From the NCBI GenBank assembly GCA_965207455.1, contig CBDBMJ010000003.1, positions 384,001 through 448,000 on the forward strand: a stretch of DNA of 64,000 nt. The letters are read 5' to 3'. A program made the translations under genes and the position numbers. The stretch comes from Bdellovibrionota bacterium. Its GTDB lineage: Bacteria > Bdellovibrionota > UBA1018 > CAIPTA01 > JAALKR01. Below the pieces are notes generated by a model. That model did no database searches, was not told where the DNA came from, and was given only the letters and a program-made list of their open reading frames with translations. Below, in pieces: positions 30,323 through 40,882 of this stretch (its first letter is position 1; each line of letters opens with the position of its first letter).

Positions 30323-32476
30323 ATGGCACTGGAAGAAATATCTGGAATGGCAAAGAAATCGAAAAAATCCGGGGTACCTGGAAAACTAGATAAATATATT
30401 AAGGAATATTATCCAAATGATCCACCCGTTGTTATTGATCCAAAAAAAGATATTGAGGAATATTGTTCACAATATATTTCCGATTATCTTTTAGATATAA
30501 AAAAACTAGATGAATATATCAAAGAATATTATTTAGACAACGCACCATCCGTTCGTGATTCAGAATATGATGCTCTTTTTAAAAAAGCACAGTCGTTGGA
30601 GGAAATTTTTCCCACACTCAAAAAAGATGATTCTCCCACACATAGAGTGGGAGCACCACCAGCGGAGGGGTTTAAAAAATATACACATAAAAAACCGATG
30701 CTTAGCCTTGCCAACGCGACCACAGAAAATGAACTAATGGATTTTCATAAAAGAATGGGAAAATTACTACCCGAGAATAAAAAAGAAAGTTCCTATTATT
30801 GTGAATTAAAATTTGATGGACTTAGTATTAGCATTATTTACGAAAATGGAAAGCTTACCCATGCGGTTACCCGTGGAAATGGAGAGGAAGGAGAAGAAGT
30901 TACAGCCAATGTTCGTACGATTAAAAATGTTCCTCTGAAGTTAGAGGCAGACAAACCACCAAAATATATTGAAATTCGCGGGGAAGTGATTTTCCCCATA
31001 CCAGCTTTTCGGAATTTAAACAAAGCACAGGAAGAATTGGGAAAAGAACCATTTGCTAACCCAAGAAATGCTGCTGCTGGCAGCATTCGTCAACTGGATT
31101 CAAGATTAACAGCTGAGAGGGATTTATCGGTGTTTGCATACACCATTGGTGGTGTGGATGGGTTTGCCCTGCCCAAAGGTCAAGATGACGTAATTGCTCT
31201 TTTGAAAAAATGGGGTTTTTCATCAGGCAAGCATGCCAGGAAGTGTGCTTCCATTGGAGAGGTATGGAAATATTATAAAGGAATCGAGAAAAAGCGAGAT
31301 AGTTTAGACGTGGATATCGATGGTGTGGTGGTAAAAATTAACGATCTGCAATTACAGAAAAATATGGGAGCTGTAGCTCGAAGACCCAGATCCATGATTG
31401 CCATAAAGTTTCCACCTCGAATAGAAGAAACGGTATTAAAAAATATTGAAATTCAAGTGGGCAGAACAGGAGTAATTTCGCCGGTGGCTATTTTAGAACC
31501 TGTGAATATTTCTGGTGTTATTGTTAGTCGAGCAAGTTTATATAACAAAGATGAAATAAAACGAAAAGATATTCGACCGGGCGACACGGTAGTTGTGGAA
31601 AGAGCTGGAGATGTAATACCGAAAGTAGTTCGTGTTGTAAGAGAGAAAAGAACAGGAAAAGAAAAAAAGTTTATTTTCCCCACAAAATGTCCAAGCTGCC
31701 TAAAAAAATTAAAACAATCCGATGGAAAGGTTGCCATTCTTTGTGTAAATCCAAAATGTCCTGCGCAAGTGCATGCCAGGATCGCGTATTTTGCCTCAAA
31801 ACGAGCAATGAATATTGAAAAAATGGGACCATCGCGCATCCATCAGTTGATAGAGGCCAAGATTATTAGTAAGCCATCTGACTTATATAAACTAACCAAG
31901 GATAATTTTTTAACCCTGGAGCGAGTAAAAGAGAAATCTGCAGATAATTTTTATGAAGCTATTGCAAAGAGCAAAAAAGCCTCTTTGCCTAGAGTGATTT
32001 ACTCCTTGGGTATTCCCCATGTGGGTGAGCAAGTGTCTCGACTTTTGAGTAGTCATTATAAAAATTTGGATAGCCTGATGAATACAAGCGTGGAGGAACT
32101 CTCTGAACTGGGTACCATTGGCCCTGTTGTAACCGGGGGTGTTGTAAGTTTTTTTAAAAAGAAAAGTAATAAAAATGAAGTAAAGCGCTTGATTACATTA
32201 GGGATTAATCCCAAAGATCGCTCTGCGCCAGAGGGAGGAAGGCTTTCTGGTAAACAGTTTGTGCTTACAGGTAGGCTCCCCACACTTACACGCAAGCAGG
32301 CGGCTGACTTTATTTTAGAAAACGGAGGAAAGGTATCCTCTGGTGTGAGTAAGAATACAAATTACCTTTTAGCAGGATCCGTGGAGGGCAGTAAAATGAA
32401 AAAAGCCCTCAGCTTGGGTATCCAAATTATCTCAGAAGTCGAGTTCTTGGAGCTTCTAAATAAAAAACAATATTAA
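30323..32476 (+). CDS. ligA: NAD-dependent DNA ligase
   Basis: DSEYD, ELKFDG, TRGNGEEGE, EIRGEV, NPRNAAAGS, a Cys4 zinc finger and a C-terminal BRCT domain. Confidence 0.98.
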   Translation: MALEEISGMAKKSKKSGVPGKLDKYIKEYYPNDPPVVIDPKKDIEEYCSQYISDYLLDIKKLDEYIKEYYLDNAPSVRDSEYDALFKKAQSLEEIFPTLKKDDSPTHRVGAPPAEGFKKYTHKKPMLSLANATTENELMDFHKRMGKLLPENKKESSYYCELKFDGLSISIIYENGKLTHAVTRGNGEEGEEVTANVRTIKNVPLKLEADKPPKYIEIRGEVIFPIPAFRNLNKAQEELGKEPFANPRNAAAGSIRQLDSRLTAERDLSVFAYTIGGVDGFALPKGQDDVIALLKKWGFSSGKHARKCASIGEVWKYYKGIEKKRDSLDVDIDGVVVKINDLQLQKNMGAVARRPRSMIAIKFPPRIEETVLKNIEIQVGRTGVISPVAILEPVNISGVIVSRASLYNKDEIKRKDIRPGDTVVVERAGDVIPKVVRVVREKRTGKEKKFIFPTKCPSCLKKLKQSDGKVAILCVNPKCPAQVHARIAYFASKRAMNIEKMGPSRIHQLIEAKIISKPSDLYKLTKDNFLTLERVKEKSADNFYEAIAKSKKASLPRVIYSLGIPHVGEQVSRLLSSHYKNLDSLMNTSVEELSELGTIGPVVTGGVVSFFKKKSNKNEVKRLITLGINPKDRSAPEGGRLSGKQFVLTGRLPTLTRKQAADFILENGGKVSSGVSKNTNYLLAGSVEGSKMKKALSLGIQIISEVEFLELLNKKQY

Positions 32477-32518
32477 ATAAAGGCTAATGTATTTTGACCG
32501 TGTTTCCGATATTAATTC

Positions 32519-33514
32519 ATGGTGAGCTTGAAAATAAAATATAAAAATTCACTAGTTATCGCAAGAGCTATTCTTTTAGGCTTTATGAATCTTTTGCCTG
32601 CAGCCCAGGCAGAAAATGGTCACGATTATTATTACACGACGCTTGCTGGAGATACTGTGTATAAAATATCACGAGCAATTTATGGTGACTCTAAAAAGAA
32701 AAATAAAATTTATGATATGAATCCTAGCTTAAAAGGTAAAATAAAGGTAGAGGCAGGTGTAAAAGTTTATTTTAATTTTTCTGAATTCAATTCGCCATCA
32801 GAAATGTTGACGAAGGAACTAATTTCTCGCTACAAAAAAGAGCTACTGCTTAAAATAGAACAAAGACAAGGAGAAAAGATTCTTAGTAAGGTGATTGTAG
32901 AAAAAGGAGATACACTACAAAAAATTGCCCTTCGTGTTTTGGGTACGGTTCGATTATGGACAGAGTTATATATTGTAAACCAAAAAACAATTTCACATTA
33001 CGATCATGTGTTTCCTGGCATGGAGTTAGTTTACTACCCCCCGACCAATACAAGAGTCATTCCTCCAGTGGCAGGCATCATGGGACCAGCCCCTGCACCA
33101 GAGAAAAAAACAGAAGTATCGAGAGAGATTGCAGCAGAGAAGGAAAAGATAGCCAAAGAAATAAAAAAATCGCCATCACCCCCCGTGCCCGTACAGTTAG
33201 CAACTGCCCTGCCTACAGAGGTGAAGAGAGTAACAAAACCGCCTCCAGTGATCAGCAAGGTAAGCAAGGCAGGTGTAAAGAAAGAAAATGCTTTCCGTGG
33301 GGAGTGGAATAAAACAAAAGAAACAGTTACGTCTGCCTTTAGTAATGAAAACAGAAATCAAGTTCTTTATGTGGTAGGTGTAATTGCTCTTATCCTTCTT
33401 GTTGGCTATGGGCTTACCCGCCCCGCAAAGAAAAAACTAGTTGTTACCACCTCTCTGCGACCGTTTCCACCTAAGTATGAAAAAGAGGATTTAAAAAGAG
33501 ATAAGGCAGCCTAA
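32519..33514 (+). CDS. Double LysM-domain protein with Pro-rich linker and C-terminal TM helix
   Basis: AGDTVYKISRAIYG and KGDTLQKIALRVLG..WTELYIVN; signal peptide; TM segment VLYVVGVIALILLVGYGL. Confidence 0.8.
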   Translation: MVSLKIKYKNSLVIARAILLGFMNLLPAAQAENGHDYYYTTLAGDTVYKISRAIYGDSKKKNKIYDMNPSLKGKIKVEAGVKVYFNFSEFNSPSEMLTKELISRYKKELLLKIEQRQGEKILSKVIVEKGDTLQKIALRVLGTVRLWTELYIVNQKTISHYDHVFPGMELVYYPPTNTRVIPPVAGIMGPAPAPEKKTEVSREIAAEKEKIAKEIKKSPSPPVPVQLATALPTEVKRVTKPPPVISKVSKAGVKKENAFRGEWNKTKETVTSAFSNENRNQVLYVVGVIALILLVGYGLTRPAKKKLVVTTSLRPFPPKYEKEDLKRDKAA

Positions 33515-33705
33515 GACAAGGGATTGTTTTGGATTTTATCTTTATGCGTTAGAAGAAGGGCCATACCATTCTTTTGCATATGGCCTTTCTGTAGTCAATT
33601 TCACTCACTTCGCGGATGGACAAACGTCCGTCCTATTTATATTCTGACGGACTCGTCTCTTCTAGTCAAGCCTAAATCTCCAGACTATGGTATGCCCAAA
33701 GAACT

Positions 33706-35097
33706 ATGGGAGGGAAGACAGCAAAGACACAGTATGCATGCCAGGAATGCGGCCATATCGCTTACCAGTGGTTGGGGCGCTGCCCCGCTTGCTCCAGTTG
33801 GAACACTCTGGTGGAAGAAAAGAACCATAGCGCCATAGCCAAACGAGACCCCCAAGGAATGATCGACACTATTCTTAAAAGTCGGAAGAAAAAAAACAAG
33901 GAAATCACCACACTTGAAAATCTAACCTTTGAAAACCACAACCGCTTATCCACGGGTATTGGAGAGTTAGATTGTGTATTGGGCGGTGGTGCCGTGGAGG
34001 GATCTTTTATTTTAATCGGTGGAGAACCGGGCATTGGTAAATCCACACTACTTATCCAAACATTAGATAACTTATCTCAACAGAAAAAAGTTTTGTATGT
34101 AACTGGTGAAGAGTCACTTTCTCAAGTGAAGTTAAGGGCAAATCGATTGGGGTTGGTCGGGAAAAATTTATTTATGGCAGCGGAAACCTCACTGGAAAAA
34201 ATATTGAGCATTGTAGAAAAAGAACAACCGGACATTTTAGCCGTGGACTCAATACAAACAATGCATACAGATGCTGTTGAGTCGGCCCCAGGGAGCGTGT
34301 CTCAAGTTCGTGAAACAGGGGCTAGATTAATGCATTTAGCAAAAGGAGCAGGGATACTTACTTTTATTGTTGGGCATGTTACCAAGGATGGCGCTATTGC
34401 GGGACCAAGAGTCCTAGAACATATGGTGGATACGGTTTTATATTTTCAAAGCGCTTCTGGAGGAAATTACCGAATTTTAAGAAGTGTGAAAAATCGATTT
34501 GGATCTACTAATGAAATAGGTGTCTTTGAAATGGAGAGAAATGGATTGTCGGAAGTAAAAAATCCTTCAACATTATTTCTTAGCGAACGGGATGAGGGGG
34601 CAGTTGGTTCCTCAGTTGTGAGCAGTTTAGAAGGCACCCGTCCTCTTATTGTTGAATTACAATCCCTTGTATCTCAGAGTTACCTGCCCAACCCCAGGAG
34701 AACTGTTTTGGGCGTGGACCATAATCGTGTTGCTCTGTTAATAGCAGTGTTGGAAAAAAAATGGGACTTGCGCATTGGAGGACAGGATATTTATGTAAAT
34801 GTTGTGGGTGGCGTGCGTCTTACGGAACCAAGCGTGGATTTAGGAGTTATGGCCGCAATGGCAAGTAGCTTTTTAAATAAACCCATTCCAAAGGGAACGC
34901 TATTTATCGGCGAAGTGGGTCTTTTGGGTGAAGTACGGGCTGTTTCCCAACTAGAGAGCAGACTAAAGGAAGCCAAAACACTAGGATTCAAACAATGTTT
35001 TTTGCCGGAAATGAATTATGAAAAAATAAAAAAAACGTGGAGCGGAATGGAGTTAATTAGTATTAAAAAATCTCAGGACATTTTAAATATATTGTAA
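33706..35097 (+). CDS. radA: DNA repair protein RadA/Sms
   Basis: CQECG..WLGRCPAC zinc finger, GGEPGIGKSTL, KNRFG and GEVGLLGEVR. Confidence 0.98.
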   Translation: MGGKTAKTQYACQECGHIAYQWLGRCPACSSWNTLVEEKNHSAIAKRDPQGMIDTILKSRKKKNKEITTLENLTFENHNRLSTGIGELDCVLGGGAVEGSFILIGGEPGIGKSTLLIQTLDNLSQQKKVLYVTGEESLSQVKLRANRLGLVGKNLFMAAETSLEKILSIVEKEQPDILAVDSIQTMHTDAVESAPGSVSQVRETGARLMHLAKGAGILTFIVGHVTKDGAIAGPRVLEHMVDTVLYFQSASGGNYRILRSVKNRFGSTNEIGVFEMERNGLSEVKNPSTLFLSERDEGAVGSSVVSSLEGTRPLIVELQSLVSQSYLPNPRRTVLGVDHNRVALLIAVLEKKWDLRIGGQDIYVNVVGGVRLTEPSVDLGVMAAMASSFLNKPIPKGTLFIGEVGLLGEVRAVSQLESRLKEAKTLGFKQCFLPEMNYEKIKKTWSGMELISIKKSQDILNIL

Positions 35098-35101
35098 GAG
35101 T

Positions 35102-36586
35102 TCATAGTCGGCAACGTTGAACAGCAATATTCCAACGGTTTTTTTGTCGTTGCCTTTCCTCTTCTGCCATGGAGGGAATAAATTTTTTATCCAATTGCCA
35201 CACACCTTTCAATTCTTCTAAAGAAGACCAAATACCAATGGCCAGTCCCGCAGCTAGAGAGGAACCCAACGCTGTGGTCTCTAAAATTTTTGGTCGAATA
35301 AGGGGAATACCAACAAGGTCACATTGTAGTTGTAGGAGGTAGTTGTTGGCAGCAGCGCCACCGTCCACTTTAATACTATGTAGTGGAGCATGGTAATCCG
35401 CCCTCATGGCAGCAAGGAGTTCATCATTTTGATGAGCAATGCCGGCTAGGGCAGCACGAGCCAAATGATTTTTATTTGTGTTTCGTGTAATTCCACAAAT
35501 CAACCCCCGGGCATTGGGATCCCAGTGAGGAGCTCCAAGACCCGTCATCCCTGGGACAAACGCTAAAGATCCCATATCTTCTTCTTTTGCTGATAAGGCT
35601 AGCGCTTCCACCTCGCTAACGTCTTTTATAATTCCTAGATTATCCCGTAACCACTGGATAGTAGCACCACCCATAAACGCACTTCCCTCCAGAGCGTAAT
35701 GGGTTTGAGAACCGATTTTCCATGCCACAGTGGTGAGCAAGCCATTTTTGGAAAAAAACGGCTTTTCCCCGGTGTTTAAAAGAAGAAAGCAGCCTGTGCC
35801 ATACGTGATTTTTGTTTCTCCAGGCTGAGTACATAACTGCCCGAAAAGGGCAGCTTGCTGGTCTCCTAAAATACCAGCAATTGGAATACCGTCGGGAAGC
35901 ACTCCTAGACCTTTGGTTTTTCCATACACTTGGGAACTGCTGCAAATCTCAGGAAGGGTAGATGGTGGTATATTAAATAACTCCAGCATTTCAGGGCACC
36001 AGGAAAGGTTTTGAATATCCATAAGCGAGGTGCGACTGGCGTTGGTGACATCTGTTTTATGAACAGCTCCCGAGGTTAATCGAGACAAAAGAAAACTATC
36101 TATGGTGCCAAAAGCTAGGGTTCCCCGTTTATGGGCGTCTTGTACTTCGCTTAGGTTTTCCAGCATCCACCCCATTTTGGAACCGCTGAAGTAAGGATCG
36201 AGTACAAGCCCCGTTCTTTTCCTTACCGTGTCCTCCAAACCCTGCTGCTTTAGCTTTTCACACCAGGGGGTGGTTCTCCGGCACTGCCAAACAATAGCTT
36301 TTCCCAGAGGAGCAAGGGTTTTTTTATCCCAAGCACAGCTTGTTTCCCGTTGGTTGGTAATCCCTATGGCAGAGATAGAGGGGCTACCGGCTTCTTTTAG
36401 GGCTTTTTCTATAGTCTGTAGGCTGCTCTTCCACACCTTCTCCAAATCATGATCCACCCACGCCTCCCTAGGGTATTCAGGGAGAACCTCCGTGGTTTGA
36501 CTGGATTGTATACAGAGATCTTCATCTACGATGAGAACCTTAGTGCTCGTAGTGCCCTGATCGATGGATAGGATGTATTTTTTCAT
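35102..36586 (-). CDS. glpK: Glycerol kinase
   Basis: IDQGTTS, GITNQRET, AIVWQCRRT, DPYFSGSK, GDQQAALFG and GLGAPHWD. Confidence 0.97.
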   Translation of the reverse strand: MKKYILSIDQGTTSTKVLIVDEDLCIQSSQTTEVLPEYPREAWVDHDLEKVWKSSLQTIEKALKEAGSPSISAIGITNQRETSCAWDKKTLAPLGKAIVWQCRRTTPWCEKLKQQGLEDTVRKRTGLVLDPYFSGSKMGWMLENLSEVQDAHKRGTLAFGTIDSFLLSRLTSGAVHKTDVTNASRTSLMDIQNLSWCPEMLELFNIPPSTLPEICSSSQVYGKTKGLGVLPDGIPIAGILGDQQAALFGQLCTQPGETKITYGTGCFLLLNTGEKPFFSKNGLLTTVAWKIGSQTHYALEGSAFMGGATIQWLRDNLGIIKDVSEVEALALSAKEEDMGSLAFVPGMTGLGAPHWDPNARGLICGITRNTNKNHLARAALAGIAHQNDELLAAMRADYHAPLHSIKVDGGAAANNYLLQLQCDLVGIPLIRPKILETTALGSSLAAGLAIGIWSSLEELKGVWQLDKKFIPSMAEEERQRQKNRWNIAVQRCRL

Positions 36587-36622
36587 TGATTCTTTTACGC
36601 TCCTTGTATAGTAATAAGTCCT

Positions 36623-37423
36623 ATGAAAGCACTTTCAGGTCGCCCTAAAAGCATCTCCGCTCGGAGACAATTATATCATAAAGATACTCCTAACTTTCTG
36701 CTAGAGATTGTTCGTAAATATTTTCGCCTAGAGGTGGAGGGGCTGGAGAATGTACCCAAAAAGGGCAGGGGGCTGGTGGTGTCCAATCACTCTGGAGTGA
36801 CTGCCTTGGACGGTGTGATGATAGGAAACGAGATTTCTCGCACCCATAAGAGAATAGCTCAAATCTTAGCCCACCCCCTGTGGTTTATGGGGCCCAATAT
36901 TCGCATACTGTCCAAAAACATGGGTCTGGTGGAAGCAAAAAAAGAGATTGGAGTGAAATTATTGCGTAAGGGAAGGCTTTTGATGATCTTTCCAGAGGGG
37001 GAGGCGGGGAATTTTAAACCGACCAACGACAGGTATAAACTCAAGGAATTTCGACGGGGTTTTGTGAGAATGGCAATGGAGGGGAAGGCTCCCATTATTC
37101 CCACCATTGTGATTGGAGCAGAGGAGACAAATATTAATTTATCTCAAATTAAACTAACAAAAAAACTTAGAGGGATTATTATTCCCGTTCCTCTAAATAT
37201 ACTGCCGTTGCCGGCAAAATGGAAAATTGTTTTTCTACCACCGATTGACATGAAAAAATATAGCAAAAAAGATACGGGCAACCGTGAGTTGGTACATAAA
37301 ATTTGCAATGAAATTCAAGCAAAAATTCAAGATAGAATTAACAAAGAAATTGCTAAAAGGGAATGGATATTTTTTCCTAAGAGAAAGCCCAGGAAAAGAA
37401 AGAAAAAATCTCCCAAAGCCTAA
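36623..37423 (+). CDS. Lysophospholipid acyltransferase (PlsC family)
   Basis: SNHSGVTALD (HX4-5D), IFPEG and APIIP. Confidence 0.85.
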   Translation: MKALSGRPKSISARRQLYHKDTPNFLLEIVRKYFRLEVEGLENVPKKGRGLVVSNHSGVTALDGVMIGNEISRTHKRIAQILAHPLWFMGPNIRILSKNMGLVEAKKEIGVKLLRKGRLLMIFPEGEAGNFKPTNDRYKLKEFRRGFVRMAMEGKAPIIPTIVIGAEETNINLSQIKLTKKLRGIIIPVPLNILPLPAKWKIVFLPPIDMKKYSKKDTGNRELVHKICNEIQAKIQDRINKEIAKREWIFFPKRKPRKRKKKSPKA

Positions 37424-37435
37424 GGAAGTTTTGTT

Positions 37436-39007
37436 TTATATCTCAAGCTCCAAACAGTTCCGAATGGATTCATACTCTTCAAATTTTTCTTCGCTCGCGT
37501 ATCGTATAAAAGTAAGCTCGCGAAGAGTTTTTTGGTATTTCTTTGCCGCTAGCCCGGCCATGGCTTCTTGTTCGTTAATATCGATTCTTAATTCTTCGAT
37601 AATAGCTAGGAGCTCTGGCTTTTTTAGTACTCGCTCTATTTTTTCTTTTATCGCTTTTGGCAGGTTGGTGCTTGCTCGCTTCATAAGTCTATAGTGATTA
37701 TCTGAGCTAGGGATGAGCCTCTGATAATTTTCGATCGATTTTTTCATTTCTACAATAGTCTTTTCCCACCCATACACAAATCTTAATTCTTTTTCCTTGC
37801 GAACCAGGTGGTTTAAAGAGTTCCTGAGCTTATTTATTCCATTAGCTGCAGAATAAAGTACTATGGCTTTATGCCTTTGTTCTGTGGGGAGCATTTCCAA
37901 TTCTAGTTTTAGCTGCTTATTTTCAAGGTGTAAGCTATTATATTCCTCCTTTAGGATGAGGTAGTCCTGCCGCAGAGGAAGGATTTCTTGCGATATTTCC
38001 CACTGTGATCCGCGTATGCTTTTTCTAAGTGCAGCGGCCTTTTCTGTGAGGTATTTTATATATAGCTGTCGCCTAGGATTTTGAGGTTGTTCAAGAGATG
38101 AGGAAGTCTTGTCCGAATTATTTAGCCGATCGTTGTCTTGAGGGGCTAGTGCATTTATCTCAATTTCGTTTTGTTCCAAGAGGTAGTCGATACTCGTCAT
38201 GTGAGTAGTATTTTTATGGAAGTCATACTGTCTTGCATCTTCAAAAGCATCTAGGAGAGGAATCTTGAGTTCTTTTGTATTATTAGATTTTCTCTGCCAA
38301 GTTTTTAAGCTAAAATATTCTTGCTTGTAATGATCAGGTCTTAAGACATTTCCTGTTCTAATAGCTCTTGATAATTTAGTGTTAAAAGAAGTTTGAAACC
38401 GATGGATCCACCCTAGGTTTTCAGCATCTGTTTTTGTTAAGAAACAGACGTTTTTGCTCGTCAGAACCTGAAATTGACCACTGTAGCAGATATCAGATAT
38501 TGTTTGCGTTGTCACCCCATCTGGCAATTTAGCAAGCTCATGCCGAAGATTTTTTGTAGAGAAATATTTTTTATTCCAAAGAGATAAACCGCTCTCACTG
38601 TCCCCGTGGCCTGTTATGTACAAAAAAACCCGATCACCTGGCTTAGATTTTTTTGCAATTTTATCAAAAGCATTTGAAATTGCTTCTGGCATTGCTACAT
38701 CAATAATATCTTCTATGCCATCCCCATCAAGATCATAGACAGAGCCATTAATAAGAGTATTTATGAATGTATTGCGATCGAAGGCAATTTCACTAGGGCC
38801 ACCTGCATTGAGGATGTGAATATTTGCTGCATCAAATTCTTTCTTATTAAGCGCTATAAAAATTCCCCTCAAATTGCTTTGGAATGCAATACTGTTTTGT
38901 TTCGGACTAGTCCCCCCATTGATCAGGAGTGCGAAGTCTGTGGCAAGAGAAAGAGGCGAATAAAATATGGCTATGGCAAGCAGGGGATTAAATAAAATTT
39001 TACCCAT
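37436..39007 (-). CDS. Secreted clan CD cysteine peptidase (C13/caspase-like) with C-terminal coiled coil
   Basis: FALLINGG, LYITGHG (His-Gly) and DICYSG (catalytic Cys); signal peptide. Confidence 0.75.
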   Translation of the reverse strand: MGKILFNPLLAIAIFYSPLSLATDFALLINGGTSPKQNSIAFQSNLRGIFIALNKKEFDAANIHILNAGGPSEIAFDRNTFINTLINGSVYDLDGDGIEDIIDVAMPEAISNAFDKIAKKSKPGDRVFLYITGHGDSESGLSLWNKKYFSTKNLRHELAKLPDGVTTQTISDICYSGQFQVLTSKNVCFLTKTDAENLGWIHRFQTSFNTKLSRAIRTGNVLRPDHYKQEYFSLKTWQRKSNNTKELKIPLLDAFEDARQYDFHKNTTHMTSIDYLLEQNEIEINALAPQDNDRLNNSDKTSSSLEQPQNPRRQLYIKYLTEKAAALRKSIRGSQWEISQEILPLRQDYLILKEEYNSLHLENKQLKLELEMLPTEQRHKAIVLYSAANGINKLRNSLNHLVRKEKELRFVYGWEKTIVEMKKSIENYQRLIPSSDNHYRLMKRASTNLPKAIKEKIERVLKKPELLAIIEELRIDINEQEAMAGLAAKKYQKTLRELTFIRYASEEKFEEYESIRNCLELEI

Positions 39008-39231
39008 TATTTTCTCCTTCCTTTAAGTTATCGCATCATATCAAATATAACGCTTAATATCAATATCTGTTTTCACTATGAGTCAATACGACGATACGAT
39101 GAGTTGGCTTATAAAAAAGCGCATTGAAATGGCTTTGAGCGCAATAACATACTAAAAAGATATATTATTAAAGAGGGCACAGCTCAATATTCGTTAGCTA
39201 TGTTTGACTAAATAGGAGGAATAACAGAAAC

Positions 39232-40674
39232 CTATCTAGCCCCATCAGTATCACTCCGGTTTTTCATTGGAAGTGGGCCCATGAACAGATCTGTAACTTG
39301 CCATGATTTTGGTTGGCAGTTCTTTGGCAAAAGCAGATGGGTATCTCTTATTGTCTTGTCTAAGTACTCTAAAATCTCTTTTTTCCTACCTTTTGGAAAC
39401 CTTTCAGCATTTATTCGATTGCTGACATGTTTTTTAACATTTTTGAGGGACTTATACTCTTCAATCTTTTCCCTCATAAAACTTTTTATATTTTCAAATG
39501 ATTTCAATTTACTAAGTGTTGTAGGTTTTTTCAAAAAATTTTCAGTTTCAGAATGAATATCATCCACCATTTTTTCGCAATAATTGTCCATCCACGCAAA
39601 TAAACCTACTCCAGCGTTGTGGGTCCATGTGGCTAAAAGAACGGAAAAATTTATCTCGGATGTAAGAGATTCTGTCTCCCCATTGTGTTCGTACTCTATG
39701 GAGTGCCGTATTGTAGGATTTTTAAACCAAGCAGCCATTTTTTCGAAAATTGGTGGAGATGGTCCAGCCGACGAGATATCGGCATACAAATTTTCAAAGC
39801 GATCCCTGCATTTGCTTAAAATTTTGTTTGATTTCTCCAAGTTTTTTTTAAAATAGCGCATGCTAAAGAGAAGACACAGATAGGGATTTTCTGTAAATTG
39901 ACAGCGTCGTTTTGAGTGTTTCCAGTCCCGGTGTTTATCTCCATTCTTGTCATAATATACAGGCATTTCATCTGGAAATTTTCCGTAGGACTCTAGTACT
40001 CCTTTTTTTGTGACTTCGCAATCAGAGGAGTCATTAAATCTCTTTTTAAAGTTGCTTTTCTTAGGTTCAAAATCAACCCGATAGACTTCATCAATAGAGG
40101 AGGAGGTGATTTGTCCCAAGCAAGAAGCGCCAGTTTCGCTTTGTGCATTCAGGCCTAGACGAGATTCATGGATTAACAGAGGAAGTATATCCTTGGGATT
40201 AACCTCAGTGCATTTGCCCACTTCTGTTAAAGCGCGATGTATAAGTGCCACATATTTCTGATCCGTGCAAGAAGCGTGTCGCCGTCTTCTTTTTCCGCTT
40301 CTCCAAGTTTCCTGTACCCTCAAGTTTTCTTCAGTAAAAGAACCATCCTTTTCTCTTCGAGTGGAATTCTTGTCTTTACAATAGACATATTTATACTGCC
40401 CTAGGGGAGAGTTCAAGGCAGGTAATAAACAAGCAAGCTCTTTACAATCCTCCTCCGTAAGAGAATTTTTGTACCCTTTTATTTTTGCATTATACTCTTT
40501 TATGACCTTTGTTTTTATACCGCAGCCCTTTGTTTCTTTGAACTCAAGATTTTCGCAAGCAGGTATTTCTTTATCTTCAGCTTGCACTAAGCTCAGGTCC
40601 AATAATAAATATACGCTCAGACCGCCCAGTAGGTAAAAAAAGAGAATTACTGTTTGTGTGTATTTTTTTCGCAT
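39232..40674 (-). CDS. Exported Cys-rich protein with a lytic-transglycosylase (SLT)-like motif
   Basis: LIHESRLGLNAQSETGASCLGQIT resembles the ES..A.S..GA.GLMQ motif; THNAG resembles AYNAG. Confidence 0.6.
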   Translation of the reverse strand: MRKKYTQTVILFFYLLGGLSVYLLLDLSLVQAEDKEIPACENLEFKETKGCGIKTKVIKEYNAKIKGYKNSLTEEDCKELACLLPALNSPLGQYKYVYCKDKNSTRREKDGSFTEENLRVQETWRSGKRRRRHASCTDQKYVALIHRALTEVGKCTEVNPKDILPLLIHESRLGLNAQSETGASCLGQITSSSIDEVYRVDFEPKKSNFKKRFNDSSDCEVTKKGVLESYGKFPDEMPVYYDKNGDKHRDWKHSKRRCQFTENPYLCLLFSMRYFKKNLEKSNKILSKCRDRFENLYADISSAGPSPPIFEKMAAWFKNPTIRHSIEYEHNGETESLTSEINFSVLLATWTHNAGVGLFAWMDNYCEKMVDDIHSETENFLKKPTTLSKLKSFENIKSFMREKIEEYKSLKNVKKHVSNRINAERFPKGRKKEILEYLDKTIRDTHLLLPKNCQPKSWQVTDLFMGPLPMKNRSDTDGAR

Positions 40675-40882
40675 ATTTCTTTCTCTATCCTCTAATTTAT
40701 TTTAATTCAATACACTTAATTTTATAAGGACAAAATTTTTATTACTCTTAAATATTATGTCAAATTATGATAAATTAAAATTATAAAGCGGCCTCTCATG
40801 ATGCCTGGAAAATAAAAAATCTTTTGGACCGTGTATTATTCATAAAATAAAAAAATTGCAGTGAGAAAAAACCGAGAAACAG

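Noticed and set aside
33524..33838. 104-aa ORF overlapping the radA start
   Set aside because: Out-of-frame overlap with radA, TTG start, no motif.
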